NCBI GenBank assembly: GCA_029945195.1
Contig: GCA_029945195.1_4117.1
DNA length: 64,000 nucleotides
Direction: 5' to 3' (one strand)
Source of the DNA: a phage
Of the stretch, positions 41,001-51,626 are shown in pieces. Each line of letters starts with the position of its first letter. Within the stretch, counting starts at the first letter, position 1. A program made the position numbers and the translations under genes. The notes under the pieces are model-generated. The model searched no databases. It worked only from the letters and a program-made list of their open reading frames with translations, and was not told the DNA's origin.

Positions 41001-44000
41001 GAGTTCAACTGTACTGTTTTCACGACCAATCGCTTTCCAATAAATTGAATCGCGTGATTGTGATTTAATATACAATGTCCAAATGTTTTCACTATCGGTA
41101 ACTCTGATAATATCGCCAACTTGGTAGTTTTTAGTATTAGCATCTTCTAAGCTTGACTCTTGAGTATAAGTCGTGTTACTATCATACCCAACATCATACC
41201 AATCAGCATATGACCAGTACTGAGTCATGTCCAATGAAGTTCCCAGTGATTCAACATAATCAGATTGTTTAATCATTTTATGTTGACCCTCACCTTTGTT
41301 CTCTAACGTTATAGTAACAACACTACCCGCGTTTGCTGGACTATTCATTAACTGAATATATCCATTTTCGTCGAAGTGAATAAAATAAACAGCACTAGAA
41401 GTTAATGGATTTGGTAGATATCCACTAGTACTTAAAATAACAGCGTCATTTTCTTTAAATTTATCACTTTCAACTGCAATAACTAATTCATTATTGTAAG
41501 ACAATACACGGAAAGAAACTTCATTCGGATTAACTTCAGTGGTTTTAACATTAAACACATCTTCCATAACAACACTATTAGTGGTTATGTTTTGTGACCT
41601 ATAATAATTATTAGCACTTTCTACAAAGTTTCTACGAGCTTCTATAACATTTTGGAACCAAGTTTTGTTTGAACCTAAACCGTTATCAACATCTGGATAT
41701 AATAAATTAATCACAGAACCTGATTCAGTTGTTTCTTGACCAATTAGTGAGTTCCACATTGAATCCCAAATTAGTGGGTTAAAGTTATAGCTGTCACCTT
41801 CTTTACATAGTTGATACTGGTCATGTTTAACAACTTCAGTACTATCCATGTAATAAGAAACAGTTAAAATACTGGTATCATCATTCACTTTAAATTGCAT
41901 ATTACTAAGAATAAACGAGTTTTCATTGATTGGAGCGAACCAAGGAATGTTTAGCTGTGTTGGATCTTTAATAATACGAGCAATGTCAGTACATGATTTT
42001 GTTCTGGTATGTAGTGGTGGTACATAAATTGTATCACGTACCCAGAAATAGTATTTTGTCACATAACTATCAGTTGAACTATCATATTCCAAAAATGTAC
42101 TATAATTATCTTCAAGTGCAGTTCCACTTGGTAGATACATAGTATTATTTTTGTTTTTCTTAGCAACATCTTTACAGTATTTGTCCCAGTTATATGGCTC
42201 AACTGGTGAACAAACCCACTCTAACACATCAATTGTACTATGTGGTAATAAACGACCCCAGTTGTAACGTTTGTATTCATTGGTTGCATCAATGTCAACA
42301 TTACCGTCTGCGTCATAAATTGCACGAGTATAATCCAAATAAAATGCAGTGCTAGTGTTCCACCATACTTGACCAACTTTATCAGCACCCCAAGCCTGGA
42401 TTAACTCTCCATTACTATTATACTGTGCAGGATCAACTGGTGAAGTATATGTTACGTTTTGCATAGCCGCACCTGGAATAACACCATTAATTGGGTCATA
42501 AACGTTTAGATATAGCTCAGTAATGTTAGTACGTTCATCATATGTCGTTGGACGATCAAATAAAGTACTTTGTGGTGCTTTAAAACTATATTTCTTGTCA
42601 ATGTAAGCTTGACGTTCATCAGTACTGGCAAAACGTGATACATAACGATACAAACGTGGACGTGTATCTGGATCAGTAAATTCAATATCAATAGAAGTGT
42701 CAAATGGAACTACCATAACTTTAGGATCAGAACCAGCAGTATAATATTGACTTTCTACTGTTAAAGTATCTGGCATAAAGTTAGTTTCATCAACAAAATA
42801 ATAATAATCACCATCTTCAAGTGGTACATTATCAGTTAAAGTTACTTTACAAAATTGTTCAGCATACACATCGGTATTTTCAATAGGTGTTATAGAAACC
42901 ATTTGCACATTAGTATCAACCAATTCAAAAATGTTCCACAAACCATTACCGTCTTTAAACATCCACACAGATTCAGGATTTTCACCTTTACCATTAGTAT
43001 AAGTTATGCGGTCATTATATGCAGTACTGAAATCTTTTGTAGTGTAAGATACTTCATCCAATGTTACTGGACCAATATCTGGAAGTTGAATGTTTTCACT
43101 TCTTCCACTACGCATCGGGAATGAGAACTTACCATTTGGACGTGTAATCCAACGAGGATCTTTACCTTGTTCGCCGAAGTATACAATATTGTTTCCATTT
43201 CCATTTGAAGTAGCGTTTACATCAAAAGATACCATTTGTGGTTGTTGTTTAAATTGGTCATTGATTAGTTTAAATTGAAGGTTTTTCTTACCATCAATAT
43301 TACCATATGTACCAATTTTAAATGCCCATTCTTGTAATGCTTTATATTCATCAGTGTCATATGATTTAGAAACACGAAGTACACGTTCTAAAACTTGGTT
43401 AGTACCTTTATCGTGAATGAATCCTTTATAGAAATCAACACGACTAACATCACTACTAATCATACGCTGTAGATAATCACGAGATTGATAACCAATCAAA
43501 TGGTTTGACAACTCTTGTAATTGTACATCACTTACTGGAGTTTCACTATCATAATAATGTTGGAAATCCGACACTAATTTTTCAAATGATGGTAGTGTTC
43601 CAGCTTCCAAGATAATAAATCCAGGAGCTTGTAGGCGACCAGTCCATGAACCAGTAATATATCCATACATTTTAATTAGTTCTTGAATAGAACCATATGT
43701 TGGCTGATAAATGTAATCACCAAAAATAGTTTTATCATCAAAAATAACAGCATGTTCATATGAACACAAACTTAAACGAATCAATGCAATGCGTTTATTA
43801 GATTCTAAAGTTCTAACAGTGAAGATATTTCCAATACGAGAAGTTTCAATTTCATATTGGCGAATACCTTGGTTATTATCATCAAGTAATGACCATACAC
43901 CACCATTATTTTGCGTAATAGATTGTACTGAACCAAAGTCTGCCCCAAATTTAGCGTTTGCAGCACTTGGGGTACAAGAAATAAATTCACCAGTTACTAG

Positions 44001-47000
44001 AGAATTCTGACTCCAGATCACGAAATCTTTAGCAATAGTGTTCCAATCTTGTTGAGCACCACTATCATTTACATCTTCAAAAATCCAACCATGTTCTTTA
44101 AGATATTCACCATATCCACAAATAAAAGTATAAACTTCTTGGTAACTATTGAAAACTTTACCATATTCAATTGAAGCTTCAGACTTCCATTCATTATAAT
44201 GAACAACATTACGGTTTTCCAATTTAAGAGTTACTTTTCTACCATTTTTTACGGGAAGTTTATATTTAAATTTAGCACCAACTAGATCATATCCATCAAT
44301 CTGATATGCACTACCATTCCAAGTAATTTTGATCGCACTCATTTGCTCATCACGGATATTATTAGAACGAACAAGACCAATGGTTTGGTTTTCTTGTGAA
44401 ATAAGACCGAAAGATTTAGCATTGAATGTTAGCTGATCTGCTTTAGTAAATCCTCCAATTTTATGACCAACATTTATATAAGAAGAACGAACTACATCCC
44501 CATACTTGGTGGTAATATTTTTATTTTGATACATCAAATGGTCACTTACAAACATTTGATAACCAATGGTTCTTGTGCTATTTTCACCATGAACTACTGT
44601 ATTTTTATCAAAATTAATACGCTTACGTGTATCACCATAAAGGAATTGTGAACCATCAGTGAATACTTCTTTTAAGTTATCATTGCGGGTATCCCAGAAA
44701 TAGTTAGCAAATTGTGCTGGTTTAGCTTTATACAAAAGCATCATTTGGTCATATGCAAACAATGTAGTGTTCATGTATGTAAATTCCATGTCACCCATAT
44801 CACCATATGTCCAAGGTTCTGCTCTATGATTTAAAGATCCAGACACTAAACCTAAAATTTCAGGTGCAATATATTCAACCACACAAATATCAATACCAGA
44901 AGATGTTTTATTTCCAGTTTTTGTAATTTTGAATGGCTGTACACCAAATCTTTTATATTTGTCATATTGACCACGACGATCACCAAATAAAATAGTTCCA
45001 GTACTGCTATCGCCAATAGTTCCGTCAATATCCCAAAGACCACTAGGAACTAAATCACCTTGCTCATTCATAACAAGTGCTTCATATACATATACAACAT
45101 CACTATCACGTTCACCAACTTGAACAGCCGTTGGTTCGTATTCTTGGTTCCACCAAGTTGGACGTTGTGTAAAGCCAAACATTTCCCACGGATGGGTAGC
45201 TGGGCGATATGTACCATATTGGTCAGTGTAAATGGCACGCCATGAACCACGTGCAGGAATTTCAGTACTTTGACCATTAACTACATAATAAGTGCCAGTA
45301 TAGTTCCAAGTTCTCCAATTGTTAGGATCATAATCATGTGTACTATTACTGATACCATTAGTTGCGGTGAAGTTAATGTATCCACGTAGTAATAATGTTT
45401 GTTTCTCTTCAGCACTATATTCAGTTTTAGTGAAATATGGTGTAGGGAAAAGGTCATCACTATTCAATACTGGTACGTAATCAACATCTTTGAATTTATT
45501 ATCAATACTATTAAAAATTCTATTTTCTAATTCATATACAACATCATCCATTTTATCAACACCATTGATAACACGGTATGCTTTGGAAATAATACCAGTA
45601 TGACTGATGTTATAACAGCTTGGTTTACTACCAGCAGTGAGGAATGTCGCTTTTTCTGGTACATATGCTTGAAGAATACCTAAGAACTGTGGTGTTGGTG
45701 GTATAAATGCACGAATGAATCCAGAAGTACTTCCAACATTATCATAATAGAATGGGAATGAACTATCACGTCCCATATTAATAGTAGTTAAAATTGCATC
45801 AACAATGTTTGCAGCACTATTTTGTAAAAAGTCTGATGGATTTTCATCATACATACGAAGCATTTGTGTATTAAATTTATTAATGAATCTAAAATATTCA
45901 GATTGCATAAACATAGTTGCTTCAAATAAATCAATATCTTCATTTGCAGTATGTGCCATCAATGGAAGCATAGATGCTTCATTTTGGATAATTTTAGTAC
46001 CTACGCCATTATTAACCAATCCTTTAGCCAAACGTTCTTCATAGTCATTGAAATCATCAGAAGAACCACGTGTAATGTTCTTTTGAATAATATCCTGAAA
46101 ATGTAAAGTGTAGTCACCTTGGTTAATGTATATAATATTGGAATTGTATGGGTTATTTTGTAAGTTAATTGGAACTTCATATGCACCTAATTCTTTATTA
46201 GGAGTTACAGTACTGCTATAAGTTCTAATTTGAATAACTGAATCTTCATCCAAATCTACAGTGCTATCTAAGGTGATACTTTGAACTTGACCTTTTGATA
46301 CATTTTTGGTATATTTTGATACATCAACACCATCAACAACAACTTCAATTATGTCAGAATCATTATCTAAAACTTTTTGTGCTAATTCGAATGTGTGGTC
46401 ATATTTTACAATCTGAACACCATCACCAGTGATTGGATGCCAGTCTAGATAAGTTTCGCGGTCTGCTTTATAGTACTGATAGGTTCTATCAACTTCAATA
46501 ACATATGCATACATACCATCAACTGGTTCTTTAAAAACTTCCATATCATAAACAGTACTGAATACACGATACATATCAGTACGTTTGACTTGTGGAGTTT
46601 GTTTTACAAATTGTTTAGAGTACTCTTCTGAACGAACCCAATCGGTTTGAAGATTCATTTCATTATTTTCATCAATAATGTTATAATAGTATAAACCATC
46701 AATTTCAACTTCTTTTCCAAGATGGTCATAGGTATAACGTTGGGATTGTAAAAAGTTTTCATAAATGTAATAATTATAATCACCAAGTTCAATGTTATAT
46801 CCATATACACTATCAGTTGCATAGTTGTAATTTATTTTAAAACCAAACAACTCTGAACCTTTAAAGTTACTTGATGGATATGTAGTACTGTTGTCAAGTT
46901 TGATACCATTACGATCATAAAGTTGGAATTTAGGGAATACGTTAACACTAGTTTTTGATTGTGCACGAACCCACAAAGAACCATTCCAGTACATAGAACT

Positions 47001-47984
47001 ATTACCATACTCATTACCTTTAGTGATTAGAACAACATCACCATCTTGAGGTTCACCACTTGGGCGTGATTCGGTTTCTTCTTCTGGATCTAGTGCTAAA
47101 CCATAAACACGAGTACCATCTTGCATTTTTTTCACATATACATTATAAATTCTATTGTTTTCACCATTGTTACCAATACTGGTGAATAGAATACGCATTC
47201 CATCTTGCGGAATAATACCATCAATACGTATACCACTATTAATATCTTTTTGAACGATATCTTCAGGTTTAATAATATCAGAGAACAGATCAACAGTTCC
47301 ACGGAATTTTGTACCGTAGTTAATTAGCTCAATATTTTTATTATATTCAATAATTGGTGCACGTGCACGAATAAAACGTGAATCTTGCATTAATTCTTCA
47401 GTTAATATTGAGCCATCTTCTAATGTTTCACCTAAAGTATACCAAAAGTTTTGTAGTGACCATGTATTACCATTAAGTGCTCCACGTTCCATTACAATGT
47501 AATCAGGTGAAGTAATATTATAAGAGTTTTTAGTATCCCAAAGATATGAGCTAAAATTGTTCATTTTATTTGGGTTAATAGCTGGAGTCCATGCATAAAA
47601 CTTACCGTTGAACAAACGGCTTTCATTATCGGTTAGTGCTCCATAATGATTCATGTATCCAACTAGATCATCATAAAATTGAATTGAACGAATTGTCGAA
47701 TCATCATTTTTTGAGACGTAAGCAGTGGACAACTGATAAAGTTGACGTGCTACAGTACTTTCATGTAAGAAGATATTACCAGCAGCGGCAGGAGAACCCA
47801 TATCACCAATATAGCCGTCAACTAATTCGTTTTCAGCCGGATTAAACCATTGTTGAATAACATCATCACTGACTTTTTGAATATCTTCTAAGCCTTGCAT
47901 CCACTCAGGCAATCTTTTAATAAAAAGCTTCTTCTGTACTGCTTCAGCCATCTGTGTAGGTTGAAACTTAAAATTATTAGTCAT
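38013..47984 (-). CDS. giant virion protein (~3,320 aa), probably baseplate or fibre-associated
   Basis: Uninterrupted frame of ~10 kb; the ATG at 47984 has a GGAG RBS (ORF track ATG at 48014 lacks one); sits directly downstream of the gp6-like and gp25-like genes; no motif recognised by eye. Confidence 0.6.
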   Translation of the reverse strand: MTNNFKFQPTQMAEAVQKKLFIKRLPEWMQGLEDIQKVSDDVIQQWFNPAENELVDGYIGDMGSPAAAGNIFLHESTVARQLYQLSTAYVSKNDDSTIRSIQFYDDLVGYMNHYGALTDNESRLFNGKFYAWTPAINPNKMNNFSSYLWDTKNSYNITSPDYIVMERGALNGNTWSLQNFWYTLGETLEDGSILTEELMQDSRFIRARAPIIEYNKNIELINYGTKFRGTVDLFSDIIKPEDIVQKDINSGIRIDGIIPQDGMRILFTSIGNNGENNRIYNVYVKKMQDGTRVYGLALDPEEETESRPSGEPQDGDVVLITKGNEYGNSSMYWNGSLWVRAQSKTSVNVFPKFQLYDRNGIKLDNSTTYPSSNFKGSELFGFKINYNYATDSVYGYNIELGDYNYYIYENFLQSQRYTYDHLGKEVEIDGLYYYNIIDENNEMNLQTDWVRSEEYSKQFVKQTPQVKRTDMYRVFSTVYDMEVFKEPVDGMYAYVIEVDRTYQYYKADRETYLDWHPITGDGVQIVKYDHTFELAQKVLDNDSDIIEVVVDGVDVSKYTKNVSKGQVQSITLDSTVDLDEDSVIQIRTYSSTVTPNKELGAYEVPINLQNNPYNSNIIYINQGDYTLHFQDIIQKNITRGSSDDFNDYEERLAKGLVNNGVGTKIIQNEASMLPLMAHTANEDIDLFEATMFMQSEYFRFINKFNTQMLRMYDENPSDFLQNSAANIVDAILTTINMGRDSSFPFYYDNVGSTSGFIRAFIPPTPQFLGILQAYVPEKATFLTAGSKPSCYNISHTGIISKAYRVINGVDKMDDVVYELENRIFNSIDNKFKDVDYVPVLNSDDLFPTPYFTKTEYSAEEKQTLLLRGYINFTATNGISNSTHDYDPNNWRTWNYTGTYYVVNGQSTEIPARGSWRAIYTDQYGTYRPATHPWEMFGFTQRPTWWNQEYEPTAVQVGERDSDVVYVYEALVMNEQGDLVPSGLWDIDGTIGDSSTGTILFGDRRGQYDKYKRFGVQPFKITKTGNKTSSGIDICVVEYIAPEILGLVSGSLNHRAEPWTYGDMGDMEFTYMNTTLFAYDQMMLLYKAKPAQFANYFWDTRNDNLKEVFTDGSQFLYGDTRKRINFDKNTVVHGENSTRTIGYQMFVSDHLMYQNKNITTKYGDVVRSSYINVGHKIGGFTKADQLTFNAKSFGLISQENQTIGLVRSNNIRDEQMSAIKITWNGSAYQIDGYDLVGAKFKYKLPVKNGRKVTLKLENRNVVHYNEWKSEASIEYGKVFNSYQEVYTFICGYGEYLKEHGWIFEDVNDSGAQQDWNTIAKDFVIWSQNSLVTGEFISCTPSAANAKFGADFGSVQSITQNNGGVWSLLDDNNQGIRQYEIETSRIGNIFTVRTLESNKRIALIRLSLCSYEHAVIFDDKTIFGDYIYQPTYGSIQELIKMYGYITGSWTGRLQAPGFIILEAGTLPSFEKLVSDFQHYYDSETPVSDVQLQELSNHLIGYQSRDYLQRMISSDVSRVDFYKGFIHDKGTNQVLERVLRVSKSYDTDEYKALQEWAFKIGTYGNIDGKKNLQFKLINDQFKQQPQMVSFDVNATSNGNGNNIVYFGEQGKDPRWITRPNGKFSFPMRSGRSENIQLPDIGPVTLDEVSYTTKDFSTAYNDRITYTNGKGENPESVWMFKDGNGLWNIFELVDTNVQMVSITPIENTDVYAEQFCKVTLTDNVPLEDGDYYYFVDETNFMPDTLTVESQYYTAGSDPKVMVVPFDTSIDIEFTDPDTRPRLYRYVSRFASTDERQAYIDKKYSFKAPQSTLFDRPTTYDERTNITELYLNVYDPINGVIPGAAMQNVTYTSPVDPAQYNSNGELIQAWGADKVGQVWWNTSTAFYLDYTRAIYDADGNVDIDATNEYKRYNWGRLLPHSTIDVLEWVCSPVEPYNWDKYCKDVAKKNKNNTMYLPSGTALEDNYSTFLEYDSSTDSYVTKYYFWVRDTIYVPPLHTRTKSCTDIARIIKDPTQLNIPWFAPINENSFILSNMQFKVNDDTSILTVSYYMDSTEVVKHDQYQLCKEGDSYNFNPLIWDSMWNSLIGQETTESGSVINLLYPDVDNGLGSNKTWFQNVIEARRNFVESANNYYRSQNITTNSVVMEDVFNVKTTEVNPNEVSFRVLSYNNELVIAVESDKFKENDAVILSTSGYLPNPLTSSAVYFIHFDENGYIQLMNSPANAGSVVTITLENKGEGQHKMIKQSDYVESLGTSLDMTQYWSYADWYDVGYDSNTTYTQESSLEDANTKNYQVGDIIRVTDSENIWTLYIKSQSRDSIYWKAIGRENSTVELNDMLYADYSVHNDNGSLSNREINVRKALALLKNSFDLHQSEIVFDMVKYVHVEQSVVDWVFKTSYIYIVGLEQSLVQNYSNDNLINQIVEYFEEVKPYRTKIRSQIEQKTSDDDLIKGLCNDLDPNGYIFVDGSWVKTEKDIWDYEYAQFNEITQKWEQVGSLPSDFITPNRRFQEIDIIMHYDNIQCKPNADLASINELVSVNNKYQSNEKDAVSNYELQRYIYSFPEYSEETFDLLIAYQMQIYYPELDVTLGTAYGVNQWYKDHAEDLEATDEFTATLERVYKESTQNDMFTDLRQYVQYNTLANRLKLYKDISDEKIHDEVGCGFSGLTYNDNPSTRLPLGFSSSNDYNYGYFEISSELYQKYISLIKDKNPDASDYEVKVKLEVEYGVYVYRYDEVGGDTRFYTDAIHVLAGMRGLFDKDATDKYEKAEEILSKTPIDIYAITMIPRKYVYLNVNGVYQSIPDEQSIDDFMEDYFITNGEMIELAEINLDDLPLDQNNPMYSDYQYILDSITEAKYFNDMNAFDNLALESQTSSIKWEVKDDEVDPYIVDISDINPSGRDVGQIRFTVDGYGFDNVSLVQLRDNSRYQTEGMAIINPYKHTEAIVSIPSYAKIENDINKTTSKFDEKYFYRVRSINSLTEAEIVDNDLSDGDKVMIFTPDGEDFVRYQNHTWETILRVSNIKNNTTPILFTVRNTGKETIELIDESTGAVLRYDNITLAQQNEPVQPLALNIVRVRTFADPEFVKNGIKLYEQNRNYTIDVINYDVFYDTTLNGGKYNDGITPDDVDVWIISNEIFDVDGITIDNGYNLPITGAGVLSELARTKMTDSLEINVIEYDSSVIQPFRNNEGIWVYGYPMVDGMYIGVVGGTVTNITTISEENTTYVSQPKSISPYSIRNNVLSGSAANMNDIISIGYEKVEVRNANNLLRGVMYSAEHDFKLNTTYSFNGINLGNYDMLKRYTQNSYTIDLSVYTDSLQVSGNDIKNILLVK

Positions 47985-48030
47985 TTTTGGACTCCATATA
48001 ATTCGTTCATTCATTTGATTTATTTATGAT

Positions 48031-48056
48031 ATAAAAAAGGCGTTCCGAAGAACGCC
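48031..48056 (-). terminator. UUCG-tetraloop hairpin terminator between the gp6-like and giant genes
   Basis: On the minus strand: ggcguuc-UUCG-gaacgcc followed by a U-tract. Confidence 0.6.
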
Positions 48057-48063
48057 CGTTATA

Positions 48064-51000
48064 TTAAGAACCGATATTAATATTACTTTTAGCTAGTGAG
48101 TTAACAATTTGAACATTTTCAACAGATGCAGTACTCAAGAATATTTGGTCTGAACGTGAAGGGATTTCAAATAGAGAACCAAATTTTGAATTTGGATTTT
48201 GTGCAACTATAACAATAGTACTAATATGTCTACCTAACTGTGAGTGTATGTAAGTACACAAATCAGTATAATAGAAACTTTCACCGAAATCCCAGTTATC
48301 AACATTGAAGTATTCATTAGTTAATGCTATGACATTTTGACGAATTTCATCATCACTCATTGTGCTGTTTGGTAATTTCACTACTTTAAAATCAGCTTTG
48401 TAATCTTCAGCAGCACTGTTTCCAAATAAAGGTAAGTACTCAGCACTATGCCAAATGATACTATCACTAATGACTATTTTTTGTTCAACATCTTTGAACA
48501 TATCTTTTAATTCAACCGATGTTGGTGGTTTAGGAATACTACCAACAGCATTATTTTTCAACCAAACGTCAACTTCAGTTTTATATGAATTGGTTAATAC
48601 ATACATATCAATTAAGTTTGTTCTACTAGGATCAATGCGATTGTCGTCAGGTGCATAGTGTTTCCAATGGAAGTCTATACTAGTACGTGCATTAGTTTTA
48701 ACAGTGTACTGTGAAGTAACATCTTTGTATCCATAATAATCTAGCTTCTGATTCTCGTCAGCATTAGTTCCCATGTTATTAATTGCACGATAAAAAGCCA
48801 ATTCAGGACTAACAGTGCCAGTATCATCGGAATAAGTTAAATTACTAATTAGTTGTCCCAAACGATCATTGTTATTGCCAACTGTTTGTTCAATAAAATA
48901 ATATTTACCATCATAGTTAAAACCAACTAAAAATCCAGAACCTTTACTATATAATCCACTCAATGTGGTTGAACGAATTGCGTTATTTCTAACAAATTCA
49001 GTTCTTTTATATGCATTCGGCTCTGCCAAAGCTTGTTCCATTGTATAAGACCACGATGAATCAAGAAGTGTGAAGGTATCATTTGGTAACGACAGTACTG
49101 ATATAGTGAAATCACTATTTTCCTGAAATACCAAAATACCACCATATTTTAATGCATCGGTTCCAGTCCAAGTAGGAACAATTTCTTTAAATTGGTTTGG
49201 TTCCAATGGTATACCATTACTATCTACTTTCCTAGATGTAACAATAACACGAGAACCATCTAGATAGCCATTCTCTTGTTGAATTGTGTCATAAATTTGA
49301 AAATCTATATTACTTGTCAACCCTGAATTACTACTACTAGTAGTGTTAGATGATAAAATTTCAATCTTATCACTTTGAACTGTACCAGTACTTATATCAG
49401 TAATTTTTTTAGATGATACAAAGTAAAATCTTACTTTTTCTCCACCCACAAAAATATATTCAATACCGTTAGCATCAAATTCCCAAGTTTCTGCTGTATA
49501 TTTTACATTTATTATAATTAAAACTTCATTACCATTATACACAATAGTATCGTCATTAGTACTTGCTTCGATTGGAACCCATGAAGTTGTTTCTTTATCA
49601 TGTACAATTACAAAATCGGTTTTTTTATCCAACATAGCAGAAATAGACTGAACTTCAACTGTGTTAAATCGAGTTCTATATGGTAATATGTACTCTATTG
49701 CTTGCATTCCACTAGGAACAGATGTGCTTAGTACATAAAAACCATTATCTAACACACTTACAACACTTGCCCATATCGTAGTACCAGAATTAGAAAATTT
49801 AATAAGAGTACCTACCTGATACGAACCATACACTGTTCCAGACGAACCCAAAATTCTGCCATATGTATTGGTTGTGTAATTTGAATTGTACACTGGAGTC
49901 CATGCTTGTTGTATTTCAATACCAATTGTATTGGATGGATACGCTTGATAACGTTGTATTACTGCATTTTCCCCAATCAATGGTTGAATATTGTCAATAA
50001 CAATACTAGCATTTGTTTTTGTAGTTGGGAGCAATAACGATCTATTAAATTGCGTGTTTTCTTGATATAATGCACCATCATCACTAAAAACGTCGGTATT
50101 CTGATACTTACCAGTAGGATCATTGATATCAATGAACCTTGATTGACCACTATAAATTCTATTAATAGCTTTAGATTTAAGTACTGTATTTCCTAAACTA
50201 AGTGGTGCTATATTATAATCTTCACCATTGACAAAACGGTTTTGGGTATAGTACATTTGTGGTGCACGTGCTTTAATCTGCTCAATAGTTTCAGCACTTT
50301 GTGCACGGTCGGACTCATATTGTAATGAAAAACGTATATCCAATGTACTAGATTCATAACTTGACTGTGTTTTTGTACGATATGTATATTTTACGCTTTT
50401 ATTTTGAATTTCAGAAGTTTTAATGTTATATGTTTTACCATTACTAACACGATACCATACACGGAACGTCCCACGGGGAACAACACCACTTCTTGAGTCT
50501 GGGTACTTAATTGTTATTTGGTCTTTATCACGAGTAGTAACAGCAAAAATTGTTTTTAATTGACGATTAACAGTGTTATATGCAATACTTTCCATTGATG
50601 GAACTTTTGTCCATTTGGTACGAACAATACCATCTTCATTTATTTCTTGAACCCATACATCAGTTTCGTTGATATTATCAACGTTAATATCTTGTATACG
50701 GTTCTCTTCACGGATAGCATATTGATAATCTTGATATGTTAATGTACCTTGTACGAAATATACAAAAAACCCAGTATTTGGTGAGCTAAATCCATTACCA
50801 TCATTTTGATAAACAATATATTTTTGCTCTTGTGGTTCTGGATGTCGTTCTTCAACACCAACAGACGTAATGTCAGGATTCACTACTTCAAATGTCATAG
50901 ATTCACCATTGACAGTTGCAATAAATGGAATACTGGGTGCTGTCATTGGGATGGTGTTCATTCGATATAGTTGACGGGAGACACCATTAACATCAATACG

Positions 51001-51525
51001 CTTGACTGGATTACCAAATTGGTTAGTACTGACAAATGAACTGTTCATTACTAGAATAAAGTTTTCATACCAGTTAGCATCCATCGGGTCATTCCAACGA
51101 ATAATTTTATCTTTTAATGATTCATTAAAACTATTACGAACATCTTGGTTTGTTTTAATTTCGGTTAATTTAGCAACTGCACGACCTGGATATGAGCGGC
51201 GTGGTGAGTAAGAAATCATTTTAGCTAGTTTTAGTACTGATGCACGACGAGTTGCAGTATCTAAAAAGTTTTCACGTGTGTTCAAATCCATACGAAATGC
51301 CAAGTTCTGACCTAGCATAGAAATCGTATCTAAAATAAAAATAAACTGGTCGTTTTCGATCCAGTCATTGAATGAGTCTGGGTAAGTTGCACGTAGATAA
51401 TCAATCATACTCTGACGGATAGTGTCGAAATCATAAGCTGTTAGATTGATTTTATAAAAACTTTCATATACTTGAGTCCAATCCTCACCAGCGTATAAAT
51501 TTGATTGCCTTTTTTGTTGTGACAT
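48064..51525 (-). CDS. baseplate wedge protein (gp6 / Baseplate_J-like)
   Basis: 1153 aa; position immediately after the gp25-like gene, plus size, suggests gp6; AAGGA RBS. Confidence 0.5.
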   Translation of the reverse strand: MSQQKRQSNLYAGEDWTQVYESFYKINLTAYDFDTIRQSMIDYLRATYPDSFNDWIENDQFIFILDTISMLGQNLAFRMDLNTRENFLDTATRRASVLKLAKMISYSPRRSYPGRAVAKLTEIKTNQDVRNSFNESLKDKIIRWNDPMDANWYENFILVMNSSFVSTNQFGNPVKRIDVNGVSRQLYRMNTIPMTAPSIPFIATVNGESMTFEVVNPDITSVGVEERHPEPQEQKYIVYQNDGNGFSSPNTGFFVYFVQGTLTYQDYQYAIREENRIQDINVDNINETDVWVQEINEDGIVRTKWTKVPSMESIAYNTVNRQLKTIFAVTTRDKDQITIKYPDSRSGVVPRGTFRVWYRVSNGKTYNIKTSEIQNKSVKYTYRTKTQSSYESSTLDIRFSLQYESDRAQSAETIEQIKARAPQMYYTQNRFVNGEDYNIAPLSLGNTVLKSKAINRIYSGQSRFIDINDPTGKYQNTDVFSDDGALYQENTQFNRSLLLPTTKTNASIVIDNIQPLIGENAVIQRYQAYPSNTIGIEIQQAWTPVYNSNYTTNTYGRILGSSGTVYGSYQVGTLIKFSNSGTTIWASVVSVLDNGFYVLSTSVPSGMQAIEYILPYRTRFNTVEVQSISAMLDKKTDFVIVHDKETTSWVPIEASTNDDTIVYNGNEVLIIINVKYTAETWEFDANGIEYIFVGGEKVRFYFVSSKKITDISTGTVQSDKIEILSSNTTSSSNSGLTSNIDFQIYDTIQQENGYLDGSRVIVTSRKVDSNGIPLEPNQFKEIVPTWTGTDALKYGGILVFQENSDFTISVLSLPNDTFTLLDSSWSYTMEQALAEPNAYKRTEFVRNNAIRSTTLSGLYSKGSGFLVGFNYDGKYYFIEQTVGNNNDRLGQLISNLTYSDDTGTVSPELAFYRAINNMGTNADENQKLDYYGYKDVTSQYTVKTNARTSIDFHWKHYAPDDNRIDPSRTNLIDMYVLTNSYKTEVDVWLKNNAVGSIPKPPTSVELKDMFKDVEQKIVISDSIIWHSAEYLPLFGNSAAEDYKADFKVVKLPNSTMSDDEIRQNVIALTNEYFNVDNWDFGESFYYTDLCTYIHSQLGRHISTIVIVAQNPNSKFGSLFEIPSRSDQIFLSTASVENVQIVNSLAKSNINIGS

Positions 51526-51591
51526 AATTTATTCCTTTAAATCAGTAAAGTACTAGTTCAGTACTGGGAATTATATATAGAAATATTTATT

Positions 51592-51620
51592 CAAAAAGAA
51601 AAGCACTCCGAAGAGTGCTT
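51592..51620 (-). terminator. UUCG-tetraloop hairpin terminator
   Basis: On the minus strand: aagcacuc-UUCG-gagugcuu followed by uucuuuuug. Confidence 0.55.
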
Positions 51621-51626
51621 TTATAA

